A stretch of 60,272 nt of DNA from Candidatus Micrarchaeota archaeon (GCA_028867435.1 JAGWGI010000005.1:1-60272), one strand, 5' to 3'; numbered from the stretch's first letter, positions 46,848 through 56,462 are shown. Made by a program: numbers and translations. The notes: generated from the sequence alone by a model not told the origin.

Positions 46848-47525
46848 ATGGCCATCAAAATGCAAAAACTCAAAATCGGGGACAAGGTTCCTGAACTAAC
46901 GCTGGAATGGGTCAAGGGAGGTCCAATCAAGCTGAGCGAGCAGATAGGAAAGGTAGTAGTAATCGAAGTTATCCAGGTCAACTGCGCCGGATGTTTCTCC
47001 CACGGGCTTCCAACTGCGATAGGACTTTCAAGAAAGTTCCCAAAAGATCAGGTGGTTGTATTCGGTGTAGGCACAGCATTTGAGGACTTCAGAGTTAATA
47101 CGCTTGAGAACCTCAAGCTGCTAATGTCACAGAACAAGGTCGTTGGAGCTCCAAAAGAGGCCCTTGGACAGCTTCTTCTTCCCGGAGACATGCTGCCATA
47201 TAAAATTGAAATCCCGATGGCAATGGATTACGTTGAGAAAAGGGAGATAACAGAGGCCCTTATAGAAAAGAACCTTAAAGCCAATGATCTCTATGAGATC
47301 TGCAGCCCTGCAGGGAAGATACTGATGAAAAGGCGCATCATAGAGGCGTTAGAAGAAAACCGCTATATCGCAAAACTCTTCACCGAGTTCCAGCTCGAGG
47401 GCACTCCTTCTACTATAGTGATAGATAAGAAGGGAATACTAAGAGATGTGCGCATACGGGACGAGGAGGAACTAGACGGGATCATAGCAAAGCTCCTAAA
47501 GGAGGATGTATCTAGCAGATATTGA
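46848..47525 (+). CDS. TlpA/peroxiredoxin-like thioredoxin-fold protein (CAGC)
   Basis: IGDKVPEL, IQVNCAGC, TAFEDFRVNTLENL, EGTPSTIVIDKKGILR. Confidence 0.85.
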   Translation: MAIKMQKLKIGDKVPELTLEWVKGGPIKLSEQIGKVVVIEVIQVNCAGCFSHGLPTAIGLSRKFPKDQVVVFGVGTAFEDFRVNTLENLKLLMSQNKVVGAPKEALGQLLLPGDMLPYKIEIPMAMDYVEKREITEALIEKNLKANDLYEICSPAGKILMKRRIIEALEENRYIAKLFTEFQLEGTPSTIVIDKKGILRDVRIRDEEELDGIIAKLLKEDVSSRY

Positions 47526-47663
47526 TATGGGGAATTCCCAGATCCTGGCAGGCTTGCAACAAAGCTCCAAAATAGGTATCACACGCGGCCAGCGTTAGCT
47601 TTAAATAAGTGTTATAACATACTTATTACAGGCTTTAAACAGCCTCTTCCTTGATTGATTTTC

Positions 47664-48233
47664 ATGAAGGTTAATTTTATTGAGAATACCCCATCTGCCG
47701 TGCGTTTTAGGATAAGCGGCGTAGGAAACACATTCGTCAACTCTCTGAGGAGAGTCATGACGAATAGCGTGCCCACGTTTGCGATAGACAGCATCACCTT
47801 CTACGAGAACACTTCCTCTATGTTCGATGAATACATAGCGCACAGGATTGGGCTGGTACCTATAGCGACTCCAGAGGGCTACGACGAGAAGGACGAGATA
47901 GTATTCCATCTCGACGCCGAGGGGCCAAAGACGGTCTACTCCAAGGAGCTTGAAGGCACTGACAAGAAGGTGAAAATAGCAAACGAGAACATACCGCTCA
48001 TTAAGCTCGCAGAGGGACAGCGGCTAAAGGTGGACGGAAAGGCGATACTTAGCACCGGAATGAAGAGCAGCAAGTTCCAGCCTGGGCTTATTTCATTCAC
48101 GGCAAATGATGACAACACTGAGTTTGAATTTTATATTGAGACCTTCGGGCAGATGACCGCAAAGGAAATCTTAAATAGGGCATTAGACATAATAGATAAG
48201 GGCCTAAAAGCCACGCACAAGGAGCTGAAGTGA
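47664..48233 (+). CDS. rpoD: RNA polymerase subunit D (Rpo3), short form lacking the Fe-S domain
   Basis: NSLRRVM..VPTFAID, ENTSSMFDEYIAHRIGLVP, IPLIKL..GQ, FYIETFGQM. Confidence 0.95.
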   Translation: MKVNFIENTPSAVRFRISGVGNTFVNSLRRVMTNSVPTFAIDSITFYENTSSMFDEYIAHRIGLVPIATPEGYDEKDEIVFHLDAEGPKTVYSKELEGTDKKVKIANENIPLIKLAEGQRLKVDGKAILSTGMKSSKFQPGLISFTANDDNTEFEFYIETFGQMTAKEILNRALDIIDKGLKATHKELK

Positions 48234-48239
48234 CTTGAT

Positions 48240-48326
48240 GCAGGGGTGGCAGAGCCTGGTCAAATGCGCTAGCTTGAGGGGTTAGTAGCTTTAGTGCTTG
48301 CTAGGGTTCAAATCCCTACCCCTGCA
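48240..48326 (+). tRNA. tRNA-Leu(GAG)
   Basis: GCAGGGG/CCCCTGC acceptor, CTAGC-TTGAGGG-GTTAG, long variable arm, GGTTCAAATCC. Confidence 0.95.
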
Positions 48327-48342
48327 TAATGGTGCAAACAAC

Positions 48343-48693
48343 ATGCAAAGAATAGTCGAAAAGGATGCGATAAACTCTTGGACCGAGACAATAGCCACTG
48401 TCAAGTTAGATTCCAAGCACGCGCGCCTGTGGAAGGAGGCTGGCAGGATGGCCACAAAGCCAAGGCGGGATAGGGTTGCGGTCAATCTCAACAAGCTCGA
48501 TAAGGCTGCCAAGGATGGCGAGTTTTTGGTGGTGCCGGGAAAGGTGCTCAGTTTTGGCAAGGTAAGCCACAAGTTCAAGATTGCAGCAGTCGAGTATTCG
48601 CAGAGCGCTGAGGAGAAGCTCAAAAAAGGTGGATGCGAGATCGTTGCTACAAATGAAATGCTAAAGAAGGAGAATCCGAGGCTCATAGTCTAG
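48343..48693 (+). CDS. rpl18e: 50S ribosomal protein eL18
   Basis: KPRRDRVAVNLNKL, VVPGKVLSFG, AEEKLKKGG. Confidence 0.93.
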   Translation: MQRIVEKDAINSWTETIATVKLDSKHARLWKEAGRMATKPRRDRVAVNLNKLDKAAKDGEFLVVPGKVLSFGKVSHKFKIAAVEYSQSAEEKLKKGGCEIVATNEMLKKENPRLIV

Positions 48694-48701
48694 GTGTTCA
48701 T

Positions 48702-49139
48702 ATGGTTGATGATTACAAAGTTGTAGACGGGAAGAACAAGGTCGTCGGCAGGCTTGCGAGCCAGGTGGCAAAGATGCTGCTTAGCGGTGACAAGGTCGCA
48801 GTTATCAACGCCGAATACCTGTTCATGTCAGGGCATCAGCGCAACATCATTGAGGACTACAAGGCGAAGCTTGATCTCCAGGACAAGGCCAACCCTGAAC
48901 ACTCCCCATATCACTCAAGAAGGGCGGATCTGTTCGTAAAGAGAATCATAAGGGGGATGCTTCCTTTCAAGAAGCCAAAGGGCAAAGCGGCATTCAAGAT
49001 GCTGCGCGTCTACCAGGGCGTTCCTGAGGAGCTAAAGTCCGCAAAGCCGATCGAGGTAAAGACAAAAAGCAAGAACCAAATATTCGAAAGCACGATATAT
49101 GTAAAGGACCTGGTGAAGAAGCTGGGATACAACAAGTGA
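48702..49139 (+). CDS. rpl13: 50S ribosomal protein uL13
   Basis: VGRLASQVAK, VINAE, KRIIRGMLP. Confidence 0.96.
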   Translation: MVDDYKVVDGKNKVVGRLASQVAKMLLSGDKVAVINAEYLFMSGHQRNIIEDYKAKLDLQDKANPEHSPYHSRRADLFVKRIIRGMLPFKKPKGKAAFKMLRVYQGVPEELKSAKPIEVKTKSKNQIFESTIYVKDLVKKLGYNK

Positions 49140-49144
49140 TATTT

Positions 49145-49663
49145 ATGGCAGACACAACTAGCGTGGAAAACCTCAACAAGGAGATAAGCGCGATAATACC
49201 TGTGAAGGAGGAGAAGAAGGCCCCTGCAAAGCCAAGGAAGAGGGTTGCTCCAAAGCAGAAGGTGTTCATGGTAAAATCAAGGAGGAAGATGGCGATTGCG
49301 CGCGCAAGGCTCACCAAGGGGAACGGAAGGATCACGATAAACAATGTAAACATAAACCTCTTCAAGCCAAAGGAGGTTCGCGAACTCATACTCGAGCCAG
49401 TCAATTTCTCCTCATCAACAAGGGACATAGCAAACAGCTCAGACATAAAGGTCAATGTATATGGTGGAGGGAGGAGCGGACAGGCGCAGGCGAGCAGGAC
49501 AGCAATAGCAAAGGCGATAGCAAGCGCATCAGGCTCTGACATCATAAAGAATGCTTATCTAAAATATGACAGGACTCTGGTGGTCGACGACGTAAGGCAG
49601 GTCGAGCCCAAGAAATTCCTTGGGACAAAGGCAAGGGCCAGGTTCCAGAAGTCGTATAGGTAG
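49145..49663 (+). CDS. rps9: 30S ribosomal protein uS9
   Basis: RRKMAIARA, GGGRSGQA, YDRTLVVDD.RQVEPKK...ARARFQKSYR. Confidence 0.96.
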   Translation: MADTTSVENLNKEISAIIPVKEEKKAPAKPRKRVAPKQKVFMVKSRRKMAIARARLTKGNGRITINNVNINLFKPKEVRELILEPVNFSSSTRDIANSSDIKVNVYGGGRSGQAQASRTAIAKAIASASGSDIIKNAYLKYDRTLVVDDVRQVEPKKFLGTKARARFQKSYR

Positions 49664-49675
49664 GGTGGTTTTGCT

Positions 49676-49876
49676 ATGATGATTCCAGTAAGATGTTTCT
49701 CCTGCGGGCAGGTAATTGCCGACAAGTGGGAGGAGTACGACAAGAGGGTCAACAAGGAACACGAGAATTCAGGAAAAGTTCTCGACGACCTTAAGATCAA
49801 GAGGTACTGCTGCAGAAGGATGCTGATCAGCAACATCGATTTGATAGACGATGTGATAAGCTACGGCAGGAAGTAA
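49676..49876 (+). CDS. rpoN: RNA polymerase subunit N (Rpo10)
   Basis: [18 protein letters not shown]. Confidence 0.97.
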   Translation: MMIPVRCFSCGQVIADKWEEYDKRVNKEHENSGKVLDDLKIKRYCCRRMLISNIDLIDDVISYGRK

Positions 49877-49912
49877 GTATTAAATTTGTTCAATGATATG
49901 ATAGAATATTTT

Positions 49913-49999
49913 GGGGTCGTCTGCTAGCTTGGTTAGGCTCTGTGCTTAGGGAGCATAAGACCCGAGTTCAAAATTCAAATGAAAATCTCGGCGACCCCA
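49913..49999 (+). tRNA. tRNA-Pro with AGG anticodon and a 13-nt T-loop (59/60) intron at 49973-49985
   Basis: GGGGTCG/CGACCCC-A acceptor; TGTGC-TTAGGGA-GCATA anticodon arm; CCGAG-TTCAAA[ATTCAAATGAAAA]T-CTCGG with a TTCA/TGAA helix and 3-nt bulge. Confidence 0.88.
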
Positions 50000-50015
50000 A
50001 ATTTATGGTGCAAAC

Positions 50016-50636
50016 ATGGCAAACGAAAATGAACTGCTCGTTGACAACGCGGAGTACTTGGAGGTAGGCATACACATAGGGACAAAGACAAAATCCCCAG
50101 GGATGAAGCAGTTCATCTACAAGATAAGGGAGGACGGACTCTATCTGCTCAACCTCGAGACTGTCGATGAAAAGATAAAGACCGCTGCCGCAGTGCTTGC
50201 AAGGTACGAGCCCAAAGAGATAGTGGTCACCGCTTCAAGGATCTATGCAATCTCAGCAGCATCCAAGTTCGCGGAGATAGTGGGCGCAAAGTTCATGCCT
50301 GGCAGGGTGATGCCCGGAATATTCACAAACTCAAACCGTGCGGACTACATGGAGCCAGGGATAATACTCATGAGCGACACTAGGAACGAGCGCCAGGCGA
50401 TAAGGGAGGCGAGCAAGACTAGCATACCGGTAATCGCGCTATGCGACACGGACAACTGGATAAAGTTCGTGGACCTGATAATACCATGCAACAACAAGGG
50501 AAGGCGCTCCCTTGCGCTTGTCTACTTCTTGCTAGCAAGGGAGTTCCTCAAGGCAAAAGGCCAAATAAAGACCAATGAGGAGTTCAACTTCAAGATCTCT
50601 GATTTCGAGGCAAAGGTCGAGATAAAGGCAAAGTAA
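50016..50636 (+). CDS. rps2: 30S ribosomal protein uS2
   Basis: YLEVGIHIGTK, GRVMPGIFTN, IPVIALCDTDN, IPCNNKG. Confidence 0.97.
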   Translation: MANENELLVDNAEYLEVGIHIGTKTKSPGMKQFIYKIREDGLYLLNLETVDEKIKTAAAVLARYEPKEIVVTASRIYAISAASKFAEIVGAKFMPGRVMPGIFTNSNRADYMEPGIILMSDTRNERQAIREASKTSIPVIALCDTDNWIKFVDLIIPCNNKGRRSLALVYFLLAREFLKAKGQIKTNEEFNFKISDFEAKVEIKAK

Positions 50637-50688
50637 GCGGCGCTGCGCCAAGGCAAAGGCTTAATAAAATCTAGAGCCAAGCCTAAGT

Positions 50689-51237
50689 ATGCGCCGGGCC
50701 AAAAGACTGCAAGCAGCAGTGGACTTCATGCTCTCCTACGGGATAGCTTTCATAGTCATCTTCATAGCGATAAGCGTCATATACAAGACCGGCATACTCA
50801 GTTCAGCAATCCTTCCAGTAAGCTGCTCCACCTCCCCTGGATTCTCTTGCTCACAGTACGCAATTAATGCAAGCACCGGGGTACTGACCCTCTCCTTTGC
50901 CCAGGCAACAGGCGGCCCGATAACGCTCAATGGATACGCCTGCGCAAGCCAGGCAAATGCCCTTGGCGACAGGCCGCAGTATGGCAACATCTTCGTGGCA
51001 AACGGCCTGGCGTACTATCCTGGCAACTACGATCCATCTAATGCGCTAAACCAGATAAACCCGATGCAGACCACTTCGCAAGAGACGCTCAAGATGAACT
51101 GCTACAACGGCCCTGGCAGCATTGCACGAGGCCAGGTCGGAAATGCGTACTTTGGATACATCTGGCTCAATTACACCACTCCGGGGTACGGCAAGGTGGT
51201 GCAGCAAGTGGCAGCGATAACTGCAAAGTACACATAG
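50689..51237 (+). CDS. class III signal peptide (type IV pilin-like) protein
   Basis: MRRAKRLQAAVDFMLSYGIAFIVIFIAI N-terminus; Cys pair CSTSPGFSC. Confidence 0.75.
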   Translation: MRRAKRLQAAVDFMLSYGIAFIVIFIAISVIYKTGILSSAILPVSCSTSPGFSCSQYAINASTGVLTLSFAQATGGPITLNGYACASQANALGDRPQYGNIFVANGLAYYPGNYDPSNALNQINPMQTTSQETLKMNCYNGPGSIARGQVGNAYFGYIWLNYTTPGYGKVVQQVAAITAKYT

Positions 51238-51249
51238 AAATAAGGGAGG

Positions 51250-51678
51250 CTACAGTCCAAGGGACTGCCTTATCTTCGAGCTTTTGTACTTCTTTGGGTT
51301 CATCCTTGCGCCTATCCTTACAACCCTTGCGCTAATTCCCTTTCTTGCCATCCACTCCTCAAGTTCGCCGACATTTATTTTCTGGTCGTAGCCAAAAGCA
51401 ACTACGCCAGGTTTGTACCTGCCAATTATCCTATATCTGTCAGAGGGCTTGCCGAGCTTTTGGCCCAGCACCGCCTTGTCAACAACCCTAAGGGATGCAA
51501 CCATCCTAAGCCTGTCCTGCTCGCCAAACACTGGCTTTTTGCGCTTGAGCAGCTTCACGCTCTCATCCCTTGCGACAATCACCACAAGCCTCTCGCCAAG
51601 CCTTCTTGCGCGCTCAAGGTAGAGGAGATGGCCAGGATGGAGTATGTCAAAGGCCCCGAAGGCAAGGACAGTTTTCAT
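51250..51678 (-). CDS. ribL: archaeal FAD synthase (cytidylyltransferase family)
   Basis: FGAFDILHPGH, IVARD, FGYDQ, KSSKI. Confidence 0.88.
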   Translation of the reverse strand: MKTVLAFGAFDILHPGHLLYLERARRLGERLVVIVARDESVKLLKRKKPVFGEQDRLRMVASLRVVDKAVLGQKLGKPSDRYRIIGRYKPGVVAFGYDQKINVGELEEWMARKGISARVVRIGARMNPKKYKSSKIRQSLGL

Positions 51679-53207
51679 CTTGCCCCCTCCTCCCTTATCT
51701 TGTCGAATACGATTCTGGGTTTTTCGATCTTGAAGGACTTCTGTAGATTTTTCAGTTCATCGAAAGGAACCACCTTCGCTCCAACAAATCCCAAAAGCTC
51801 CATTGATGCCATCGGCAGGAACGGGTAGAGCATGTTGCTTATTATTCTGCAGATATTGCAGCACACAAACAGTATCTTCATTGTCGCCTCCCTGTCCTTC
51901 TTGACCAGCTCCCAAGGCGCGCTGTTCTGGAAATACTTGTTTGCCTCGTTGCCTATCTCAAGTATCTTCACTATCGCGTCCCTGATTCTTCCCTCCTCAA
52001 AAAGCAAGTCCGCCTGCCCAACCATCTTGTATATCCCATCCATCATCTCCTTCTCTTTTGGTTCAAGTTCTGCACCATCTACAGCCCCCTCGAAGTTGCC
52101 GTGAGCAAACGTGAGGGTTCTGTGTATGAAGTTCCCAAGATTGCTCACAAGCTCGTTGTTCACCACCCTAACCAGCCCCTCTTCCGAAAGGTCGCCATCC
52201 TCGAATGTGGGTATCTCCTTTAGCAGATAATATCTGAGTCTCTCCCTCCCGTATTTATTGATCAGCATCATTGGGTCAAGCACGTTGCCTGCGGTCTTGC
52301 TCATCTTCTGTCCCTCAACAGTAACGTATCCGTGCACGAAGAGCGTTTTCGGCAGCTTTAGCCCTGCTGACATGAGCATCGCAGGCCAGTATATCGCATG
52401 GAACCTGGTTATCCCCTTGCCTATCACGTGCATTTCAGCCGGCCACCACCTGTTGAATTTAGCCTCGTCGCCTCCGAATCCGACGCCAGTCAGATAGATG
52501 CAAAGCGCATCAAACCAGACGTACATCTTCTGTGAATCATCCCCAGGCACTGGCACACCCCACCCCTTTGCCCTATTGTTGGATCTGGAGATACTGAAGT
52601 CCTCAAGCCCCTCTTTTATGAAGCCGAGCATCTCGTTTTTCCTGCTCTGCGGTAATATTTGCAGCTCGCCGCTCTCAAGCAGCTGCTCAAGCCTTTTCTG
52701 GTACTTAGAGAGCCTGAAAAAGTAATTCTCCTCCTCTACGATTTCCGGCTTGATGCCGTGCTCAGGGCAGAGCCCGTTCACCAGCTCGTCCTCTGTGTAG
52801 AACAGCTCGCATGCCACGCAGTAAATCCCGCGATATTTCTTGGTGTATATATCCCCGTTCTCGTTACACAGCTCCCAGAGCATCATCGGACCCTGCCAGT
52901 GCTCCTGCTTTATCGAGGATCTGATGAATGCGTCAAACTTGAGGCCTATGCCCTCTGCCATCTCCCTGAAGGCAGCTGAGTTCCTTTTGCACAGCTCCTC
53001 CACCCCGATTCCCAGCTTCTCTGCAGCCCTGACGTTCTTGAGGCTGTTCTCGTCCGCGCCTGTGGTCAAAAACACCTCTTCCCCTCGCATCCTCCTGTAG
53101 TTTGCAAGCGCATCTGCCTGTGCAAACTCGAGTGCATGACCTATGTGCGGAGCAGCGTTGACATAGGGTATCGCGGTTGTTATGTAGTATTTCTTGGCCC
53201 CTTCCAT
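51675..53207 (-). CDS. metG: methionine--tRNA ligase (no C-terminal OB domain)
   Basis: TTAIPYVNAAPHIGH, YVWFDAL, GKGITRFHAIYWPAML, KMSKT. Confidence 0.97.
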   Translation of the reverse strand: MEGAKKYYITTAIPYVNAAPHIGHALEFAQADALANYRRMRGEEVFLTTGADENSLKNVRAAEKLGIGVEELCKRNSAAFREMAEGIGLKFDAFIRSSIKQEHWQGPMMLWELCNENGDIYTKKYRGIYCVACELFYTEDELVNGLCPEHGIKPEIVEEENYFFRLSKYQKRLEQLLESGELQILPQSRKNEMLGFIKEGLEDFSISRSNNRAKGWGVPVPGDDSQKMYVWFDALCIYLTGVGFGGDEAKFNRWWPAEMHVIGKGITRFHAIYWPAMLMSAGLKLPKTLFVHGYVTVEGQKMSKTAGNVLDPMMLINKYGRERLRYYLLKEIPTFEDGDLSEEGLVRVVNNELVSNLGNFIHRTLTFAHGNFEGAVDGAELEPKEKEMMDGIYKMVGQADLLFEEGRIRDAIVKILEIGNEANKYFQNSAPWELVKKDREATMKILFVCCNICRIISNMLYPFLPMASMELLGFVGAKVVPFDELKNLQKSFKIEKPRIVFDKIREEGAR

Positions 53208-53322
53208 CTATCCTCAACTTCCTACTGAAAATCAGTTTTATCGGCAGTTCCTATTTGCACGCCATTCTTTTTATTACTTATGAAGCTAATATATATCCAC
53301 AATTTCTGGGGGTATTAACGCA

Positions 53323-55383
53323 ATGGACGCGATAGCCAACGAGGAGCTTAAAAGCAAGTTTGTTGAATTTTTCAACGCCTACTACTTGCCCCAGATTAAC
53401 TCAATGTTCATAAGCTATCCAAAGAAGAGGAGCGTGACAGTTGACCTGAGGGATCTGGAGAAGTTTGATTCGGATCTGACTGCAGATTTGATAGGCAAGC
53501 CTGACGACTTTTTGCACGTAGCCAACGCGGCGCTTGCCTCAATGAACCCGAACACCGAAGCCAGGGAGCCTGTCTACTCCAGATTCATGGGCCTTGACAA
53601 CGAGGGGCTGCTCATACAGGACGTGGGCTCGCAGCAGATAGGCAAGCTGCTGGTCCTCGATTCGCTGGTTGTCAAGAGGGCCGAGATAACGCCAAAGGTT
53701 TACCTGGGCGTCTACAGGTGCTCTTTTTGCGGATCTGTGGTAAAGATAAGGATTGAGAGCGACAACGTTCCTGATATCTGCCCACAGTGCAAGCGAAGAT
53801 CGCTCAGGCAGTCCAACGAGGAATCAGAGTTCATAAACCTTCAGAGAATTGCGGTGCAGGACCCGCTTGAGAGGCTAAAGGGGAGCACGCCCACATGGCA
53901 GCTTGAGGTCTGGCTCGCAGACGACCTCGTGAACACCATAATCCCAGGGGACAGGGTGGAGATAACCGGAATACTTAGGATTAGGCCAAGGAAGACCTCA
54001 AGAGGCAAGGAGGACAAGACGCTCTTCACCATGTTCTTTGACAGCGTTTCGATAAAGCCCAAGCAGAAGGAGTTCGCAGAGATAGATATCACAAGGGAAG
54101 AGGAGGAGCAGATAAGGGAGATGGCAAGGGATCCAAAGATATTCGAGAAGGTGGCAATGTCTATTGCACCTTCGATATACGGCCACGAGGAGATAAAGCA
54201 ATCGCTCGCCATCCAGCTCTTCGGCGGCACACCGGAGAAGAAGCTGATCGACGGCTCGCCGATAAGGAGCGACATACACATGCTGCTAATAGGCGACCCG
54301 GGCTCGGCAAAGACCAGGCTGCTGCAGGCCGTCTCGTCTATAGTTCCAAAGGGAATCTACGTTAGCGGAAAATCGACCAGCTCTGCAGGGCTTACGGCGT
54401 CAGCAGAGAGGGACGAGTTTGCGGAAGGCGGCTGGACCCTAAAGGCGGGAGCTTTGGTTTTAGGGTCTGGCGGAACAGTTTGTATTGACGAATTTGATAA
54501 GATAGGGGACGAAGACAAGTCATCGCTTCTTGAAGCGCTTGAATCGCAGACAATCAGCGTCGCTAAGGCCGGCATAGTTGCACGATTCAACGCAAGAACC
54601 AGCGTGCTTGCAGCAGCAAACCCGAAGTTCGGCAGGTTCGATCCAAACACCTATCCTGCAGAGCAGTTCGACATACCGCCAGCGCTTCTCTCCAGATTCG
54701 ATCTCATCTTTCCGATAAAGGACGTGATAGACCTCGAGCAGGACAAGAAGATAGCAAAGCACATACTAATCCAGCACGAGGCCGCAGGCGCAAAGCTTGC
54801 CGACGTAAAAGAGTACGAGCAGGTCGAGGCGCCCCCTATAGCATCAGACATACTGCGCAAGTACATCGCCTATGCCAAGAAGAACGTGAGGCCAAGGCTC
54901 TCAAATGATGCCACAACAAGGATAGAGGCATACTACGTAGACCTGAGGACACTGGGCCTCAAGTCAGGTGCCACACCCATAACTCCAAGGCAGATCGAGG
55001 GGCTGATCAGGATAGCTGAGGGGAGCGCAAAGTCGAGGCTTTCCGCGATAATCGAGCTCAAGGACGCAGAGCTTGCGATAGGACTCTTCGAGTTCATGCT
55101 CAGGACCCTGGCTGTAGATAGGGGCGGAAGAAGGGATATAGATACTATAATAACCGGAATGCCCAGGGAGAAGGTCACCAAGATAAATTCGATAATCACC
55201 ATAATCAAGAAGCTTGAGCAGGAGGAAGGATACGCAAAGATGACCAGGGTACTTGACGATGCGGAGAAGGAGGGAATAGATAGAGGCACCACTACAAAGT
55301 ACATAAACGACCTTGAAAGGAGCGGGGACATCTACAGCCCCAAGCAAGGGATAATAAAGCTGGTCAAGCGCGACGAGGAGTAG
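53323..55383 (+). CDS. mcm: MCM replicative helicase (no intein)
   Basis: CSFC/CPQC zinc finger, GDPGSAKT, IDEFDK, AAANP, SRFD, PITPRQIE. Confidence 0.98.
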   Translation: MDAIANEELKSKFVEFFNAYYLPQINSMFISYPKKRSVTVDLRDLEKFDSDLTADLIGKPDDFLHVANAALASMNPNTEAREPVYSRFMGLDNEGLLIQDVGSQQIGKLLVLDSLVVKRAEITPKVYLGVYRCSFCGSVVKIRIESDNVPDICPQCKRRSLRQSNEESEFINLQRIAVQDPLERLKGSTPTWQLEVWLADDLVNTIIPGDRVEITGILRIRPRKTSRGKEDKTLFTMFFDSVSIKPKQKEFAEIDITREEEEQIREMARDPKIFEKVAMSIAPSIYGHEEIKQSLAIQLFGGTPEKKLIDGSPIRSDIHMLLIGDPGSAKTRLLQAVSSIVPKGIYVSGKSTSSAGLTASAERDEFAEGGWTLKAGALVLGSGGTVCIDEFDKIGDEDKSSLLEALESQTISVAKAGIVARFNARTSVLAAANPKFGRFDPNTYPAEQFDIPPALLSRFDLIFPIKDVIDLEQDKKIAKHILIQHEAAGAKLADVKEYEQVEAPPIASDILRKYIAYAKKNVRPRLSNDATTRIEAYYVDLRTLGLKSGATPITPRQIEGLIRIAEGSAKSRLSAIIELKDAELAIGLFEFMLRTLAVDRGGRRDIDTIITGMPREKVTKINSIITIIKKLEQEEGYAKMTRVLDDAEKEGIDRGTTTKYINDLERSGDIYSPKQGIIKLVKRDEE

Positions 55384-55391
55384 GTGCTAAA

Positions 55392-56462
55392 TTGCTAATA
55401 AGGATACAGACAAGGCAACTAGTCCAGATCCTTGCGCTCTTTTTGATAGTGCAGTTCGGAGGAATCCTTCTGGCCTCAACAGTCTTTTCCAGCATAACCC
55501 CCTCCCTTACAACTACTGCGCCGATAAGCACCGCGCCTGAGGCTCTATACCTCTTTGGCTTTTTGATATTTTTCGCCATAGTACTTTTGGTTGTAATAAG
55601 GTTCTATAAAGGAGAGCTGCTCTTCACACTCATTGAGGCGTATACCGTAATCGTGACCTCATTTTTCTTCTTTTCGATACTATTACAGGTTTTCTTCCCT
55701 GACCAAAGCGGCTACACGATCACAGCCGCAGCCTTGGCGCTTGGGGTGTTGCTGCTTGTGGCAAAATGGAAGAGGCCAAGGATCAGGAATGCTGTGGTTG
55801 TGATATCGAGCATTGGCTTCGGGATTGTCCTTGGGCTGTACTTCCGCTTTAATGTAGCCTTCGCCTTCTCCCTTATGGTCGCAGCCTACGACTACATCTC
55901 GGTCTTCATAACCAAGCACATGATCACTTTCGCAAAGGTGCTCTCAAGCAGGAACCTTGCCTTCCTGATAAGCGCCTCAGACATAGAGGTGGCCTCGCCG
56001 GACCAGGTGGATAAGTCTGAGAGAAAAGTGTACCAAAAGCACCTTCAGGAAGTAAAGAAGATAGACAACCCCGTAATACAGCAGATAATAAGAAGGGGCG
56101 ACATACCGCTCATAGCACAGATTCAGCTCGGGGCAGGAGATCTTGGACTTCCACTCATGCTCTCAATTAGCGCCTATTCCATCTCCTTCAGCTACTTTCT
56201 TAGCATAGCGATTACCACAGGTGCGGCCATAGGGCTGCTTGCCACAATGTTCTTTTTGATGAGATACAAAACTCCGCTGCCTGCAATACCCCCGATCTTT
56301 GCCTTCATATGCATAGCCCTGGGAATAGCCCTTGCACTGACCAAGACAGTTTCGCTCTACACCTCACTTCTGCTAGTCTCATTAGGAGTGTTTCTGATCT
56401 TCGTGGCCATGTACCTGACCCTGAGGTTCATGGAGAAAAAGGGCAAGGAGACAAAACGATGA
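55392..56462 (+). CDS. presenilin/SPP-family intramembrane aspartyl protease
   Basis: AAYDYISVF, LGAGDL, PLPAIPP. Confidence 0.88.
   Translation: MLIRIQTRQLVQILALFLIVQFGGILLASTVFSSITPSLTTTAPISTAPEALYLFGFLIFFAIVLLVVIRFYKGELLFTLIEAYTVIVTSFFFFSILLQVFFPDQSGYTITAAALALGVLLLVAKWKRPRIRNAVVVISSIGFGIVLGLYFRFNVAFAFSLMVAAYDYISVFITKHMITFAKVLSSRNLAFLISASDIEVASPDQVDKSERKVYQKHLQEVKKIDNPVIQQIIRRGDIPLIAQIQLGAGDLGLPLMLSISAYSISFSYFLSIAITTGAAIGLLATMFFLMRYKTPLPAIPPIFAFICIALGIALALTKTVSLYTSLLLVSLGVFLIFVAMYLTLRFMEKKGKETKR

Noticed and set aside
47526-47610. Possible small RNA or 23-codon ORF upstream of rpoD
   Set aside because: Only a 5-bp CTGGC/GCCAG pairing, no terminator, no recognisable peptide
53323-55383. 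Intein in MCM
   Set aside because: 686 aa is normal and the Walker A/B regions are uninterrupted
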